Shown piece by piece: positions 59,931-62,891 of a stretch of 62,891 bases of DNA. The position numbers and the translations under genes were made by a program. Origin of the DNA: Candidatus Omnitrophota bacterium (lineage in GTDB: Bacteria; Omnitrophota; Gorgyraeia; Gygaellales; Profunditerraquicolaceae); the NCBI GenBank assembly GCA_049517335.1, contig JBEKSD010000007.1, forward strand, positions 1 through 62,891, written 5' to 3'. Each line of letters begins with the position of its first letter. Positions within the stretch are counted from its first letter, which is position 1. The notes under the pieces are model-generated. The model was not told where the DNA came from and did no database searches. It saw only the letters and a list, made by a program, of their open reading frames with translations.

Positions 59931-60658
59931 TGAAAAAAATATTTTCTCACCCTCAATCGTTACGCGATACTTCAACGCATTATTGTCCGGGATGCGGCCA
60001 CGGCACAGTGCATAGGCTGATTGCCGAAATCGTTGATGAGTTGAATATTAGAGAAAAAGTGATCGGCATAGCTCCCGTTGGGTGCGCGGTTATAGCTTAT
60101 GATTACTGGAAGTTTGACTGTTCCGAAGCCGCCCACGGAAGGGCATTGGCAGTAGCCACGGCAATAAAAAGGGTACGGCCGCAGAACATCGTCTTTACTT
60201 ATCAGGGGGATGGGGATTTGGCTGCCATCGGAGGCAATGAGACAATTCATACCGCTAACCGGGGCGAAAATTTAACTGTGGTATTTATAAATAATGCGAT
60301 ATACGGAATGACCGGCGGGCAGATGGCTCCCACTACCCTTCTGGGTCAGAAGAGCGCAACTACGCCTTTAGGAAGAAGTGCTGCTTTACAGGGGTATCCT
60401 TTAAAAATATCTGAAATGCTAGGAAGTTTAAGGGGCGTAACATACATTGAGCGCACTTCTCTTGAATCGGTTCAGGGTATTCTTAAAACAAAAGTGGCAA
60501 TTAAGCAGGCATTTCTCAACCAGATTGAGAATAGGGGTTTCTCTTTGGTTGAAGTGCTTAGCCCGTGCCCGACTTATTGGGGCATGAGCCCACAGGAATC
60601 GCTTAAATGGATTAGGGAAGTAATGAGCAAAGAATTCCCTTTAGGCAGGATAAAGTAA
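59930..60658 (+). CDS. 2-oxoacid:ferredoxin oxidoreductase beta (TPP-binding) subunit
   Basis: YCPGCGH, GDGD...NNAIYGMTGGQ, SPCP. Confidence 0.93.
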   Translation: MKKIFSHPQSLRDTSTHYCPGCGHGTVHRLIAEIVDELNIREKVIGIAPVGCAVIAYDYWKFDCSEAAHGRALAVATAIKRVRPQNIVFTYQGDGDLAAIGGNETIHTANRGENLTVVFINNAIYGMTGGQMAPTTLLGQKSATTPLGRSAALQGYPLKISEMLGSLRGVTYIERTSLESVQGILKTKVAIKQAFLNQIENRGFSLVEVLSPCPTYWGMSPQESLKWIREVMSKEFPLGRIK

Positions 60659-60661
60659 CCA

Positions 60662-61198
60662 ATGACAGAACGCATAATTATTGCAGGCGCAGGCGGGCAG
60701 GGAATAATGCTGTTGGGTAAAATTTTAGCTACTGCCGCAATGGAGGACAGTAAATTCGTAACCTGGCTTCCTTCTTATGGCGCAGAGGTGCGCGGAGGGA
60801 CCGCTCATTGTTTGGTGGTTGTATCGGATGAAGAAATAGGCTCGCCTTATATCAAAGAAGCCGATACGCTTATCGTCCTGAACAGCCCGTCTCTACTAAA
60901 ATTTAAAAACAGGCTTAAGGATAAGGGGCTGCTTATTGCTAATAGCTCTTTGGTTAAAGCGGCGCCCGATAAGAGATTTACTATTTTAAGCTTCCCTTTT
61001 ACCGATATTGCCTCTAATTTAGGCAATATGAGAGTTGCAAATATGGCAGCATTGGGAGTTTACGCGCAGGCTGTAAAGATAGTTAGTATAGATAAAATTT
61101 TACGCGTTATTGAGCAAATTGCGCCTGCCGATAAAAAGAATTTAATAAAAATCAATCAGGATGCCCTGAAAAAAGGAATGAGGTTAGTTAATGGTTAA
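60662..61198 (+). CDS. 2-oxoacid:ferredoxin oxidoreductase gamma subunit
   Basis: AGAGGQG, SYGAEVRGG. Confidence 0.93.
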   Translation: MTERIIIAGAGGQGIMLLGKILATAAMEDSKFVTWLPSYGAEVRGGTAHCLVVVSDEEIGSPYIKEADTLIVLNSPSLLKFKNRLKDKGLLIANSSLVKAAPDKRFTILSFPFTDIASNLGNMRVANMAALGVYAQAVKIVSIDKILRVIEQIAPADKKNLIKINQDALKKGMRLVNG

Positions 61199-62486
61199 GG
61201 TTCGCTTCGCACCCAGCCCCACGGGTTATCTGCATATAGGAGGTGGACGCACTGCCTTATTTAACTGGCTTTTTGCCCGGTCTAAGGGCGGGAAGTTTGT
61301 TTTAAGGATTGAAGATACGGATCAGCTGAGGTCAAAAAAAGAATTTTTAGATGAAATCCTCTTTAGCCTGAAATGGCTGGGGTTTGACTGGGATGAGATT
61401 TATTATCAAAGCCAGAGATTTGACATTTACCGGGAATACGCGCAGAAATTACTCAAGGCAGGTTTTGCCTATATCGAAAAAAGCGAGAAGGGCGAGGCAA
61501 TAATTTTTAAAGTCACCCCGCAGAAAATTAAAATCCGGGATTTAATCCGCGGAGAGATTGAGTTTGATGCCCAGACTTTAAAAGACCAGGTCTTGATTAA
61601 ATCCGACGGAACACCCACCTATAATTTCGCCTGCGTGGTGGATGATACGGCTATGAATATCACTCATGTTATCAGGGGCGATGACCATATCTCTAACACG
61701 CCAAAACAGGTTCTTTTGTATAAGGCGCTTGATTTTACTCTGCCCGAGTTTGCACATTTACCTTTAATACTTGGTACAGAAGGAGGCAGACTCTCCAAAA
61801 GGACGGGGGCGACTGCCATAAGCGATTACCGCAAAATGGGGTATCTTGCGCCGGCACTAGTCAATTATTTGCTGCTTTTAAGCTGGTCGCCGGGCAAAAA
61901 CCGGGAGTTAATCAGTTTGAAAGAAGCTGTGGGGTTGTTTGATATAAAGAATGTAAATAAAACCGCCGCTACATTCAACCTGAAAAAATTACAATGGATA
62001 AATAACCAATATTTAAAAAACGAGGATCCGGAGAAACTGGCGGACGAATTAATCCCGCAATTAATTGAGAAAAATTACATTGATAAAGACAATTTTGATA
62101 GAAATTATGTGGTTTCTTTAGTAAAATTATTCCAGGCGAGATTAAATACTTTGGCGGATTTTCCCGAATGGGCGGATTTTTTCTTCCTCAAAGAGATAAT
62201 TATTGAGCCTGAGGCGCAGAAAAAATACCTCTCGCAGAATCTTTCAAAAGAATTTACTCTTTTTTTAAAACGGTTGGACACTTTGCAAAATTTTGATATT
62301 ACTGCAATTGAAACGGAATTCCGCAGCATGGTAGCTGAATTAGGCATAGAGGCAAAAGCGCTTATTCATCCTATCCGCGTTGCTTTAACCGGAAAAACCG
62401 TCGGCCCGGGTTTATTTGAGGTTATTTATTATTTAGGCAAAGAGCGGACTAAACAACGTTTAGACAAGTTTATAAAAAAGGAGTAA
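61191..62486 (+). CDS. gltX: Glutamyl-tRNA synthetase
   Basis: RFAPSPTG.LHIGG, RGDDH, LSKR. Confidence 0.96.
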   Translation: MVKVRFAPSPTGYLHIGGGRTALFNWLFARSKGGKFVLRIEDTDQLRSKKEFLDEILFSLKWLGFDWDEIYYQSQRFDIYREYAQKLLKAGFAYIEKSEKGEAIIFKVTPQKIKIRDLIRGEIEFDAQTLKDQVLIKSDGTPTYNFACVVDDTAMNITHVIRGDDHISNTPKQVLLYKALDFTLPEFAHLPLILGTEGGRLSKRTGATAISDYRKMGYLAPALVNYLLLLSWSPGKNRELISLKEAVGLFDIKNVNKTAATFNLKKLQWINNQYLKNEDPEKLADELIPQLIEKNYIDKDNFDRNYVVSLVKLFQARLNTLADFPEWADFFFLKEIIIEPEAQKKYLSQNLSKEFTLFLKRLDTLQNFDITAIETEFRSMVAELGIEAKALIHPIRVALTGKTVGPGLFEVIYYLGKERTKQRLDKFIKKE

Positions 62487-62488
62487 AA

Positions 62489-62680
62489 ATGCCCAAAAGA
62501 CTGATATTCAGCCTGCTGTTGATTTTGTTCCTTAGCGTAGTAATCTTATCCGGATGCAATACTGCAAAAGGCGCTGCCGAAGGCATTGGTTGTACAGCAA
62601 AAGGCGTAGCCAAAGATGCGCAAGGTTTAGGGGCAGGCATCATGGGTTTGGATGCATGGATGAAAAAAAATATGTGGTAA
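62489..62680 (+). CDS. Small lipoprotein (entericidin-like)
   Basis: Lipobox LSGC followed by NTAKG. Confidence 0.65.
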   Translation: MPKRLIFSLLLILFLSVVILSGCNTAKGAAEGIGCTAKGVAKDAQGLGAGIMGLDAWMKKNMW

Positions 62681-62891
62681 TGGGGAAAACAAACTTTCGT
62701 ATCCCGCTCTGCCTCATTCTAATCCTGATCATTGTCTTTGGGGCTTTTTATCCCTGCCTTAAGAATGGTTTTGTTAACTGGGATGATGATAAGTATTTAG
62801 GTGAAACTGCGGCTGCCCAGCCTTTCTCTCTGGCAGCCCTAAAAGATACCTTTACCTCCTTCTCTGTAGGCCACTACCAGCCTTTAACCAT
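62680..62891 (+). CDS. TMTC/GT-C-like membrane protein, N-terminus only (truncated by window edge)
   Basis: MGKTNFRIPL...GFVNWDDDKY...GHYQPLT; NWDD..Y and Y.PL motifs. Confidence 0.6.
   Translation, partial: MGKTNFRIPLCLILILIIVFGAFYPCLKNGFVNWDDDKYLGETAAAQPFSLAALKDTFTSFSVGHYQPLT

Overview
The window has two parts. 1) About 1-23.2 kb is an accessory island abutting the 3' end of a tRNA-Glu gene; its left end is not evident. From left to right it carries: a Zur/Fur-controlled metal-uptake operon (zur, DUF2946-like CxxC/RAPP peptide, znuA, outer-membrane barrel); a GC-rich orphan chemoreceptor-like gene; a DUF134-NifX-DsrE-ArsM operon; a phage packaging remnant (ParB-methylase, TerS-like, TerL, with no portal or capsid); two orphan ORFs; a co-oriented six-gene candidate defence cluster (ParB-like, SNF2 helicase, DUF3883 nuclease, DNA methyltransferase, SbcD, SbcC); and a DUF2924 plus large serine recombinase module. 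The cargo operons are bordered by copies of one dispersed ~60-bp repeat. 2) About 23.3-62.9 kb is core chromosome around oriC. It includes gyrA/gyrB, dciA, dnaN, dnaA, rpmH-yidD-yidC (no rnpA), parS-parAB, ndk, gmk, rpoZ, three tRNAs, thrS-infC-rpmI-rplT-pheST, 6S RNA, rarA, an EF-G fused to an N-terminal membrane anchor and coiled coil, rny, ymdB, a GH39-like protein lacking its acid/base Glu, xseAB, dxs, a 2-oxoacid:ferredoxin oxidoreductase and gltX. The gene content suggests an anaerobic diderm bacterium, possibly Ca. Omnitrophota; this is inference and was not verified. All family assignments are from motif recognition by eye; no database search was run.
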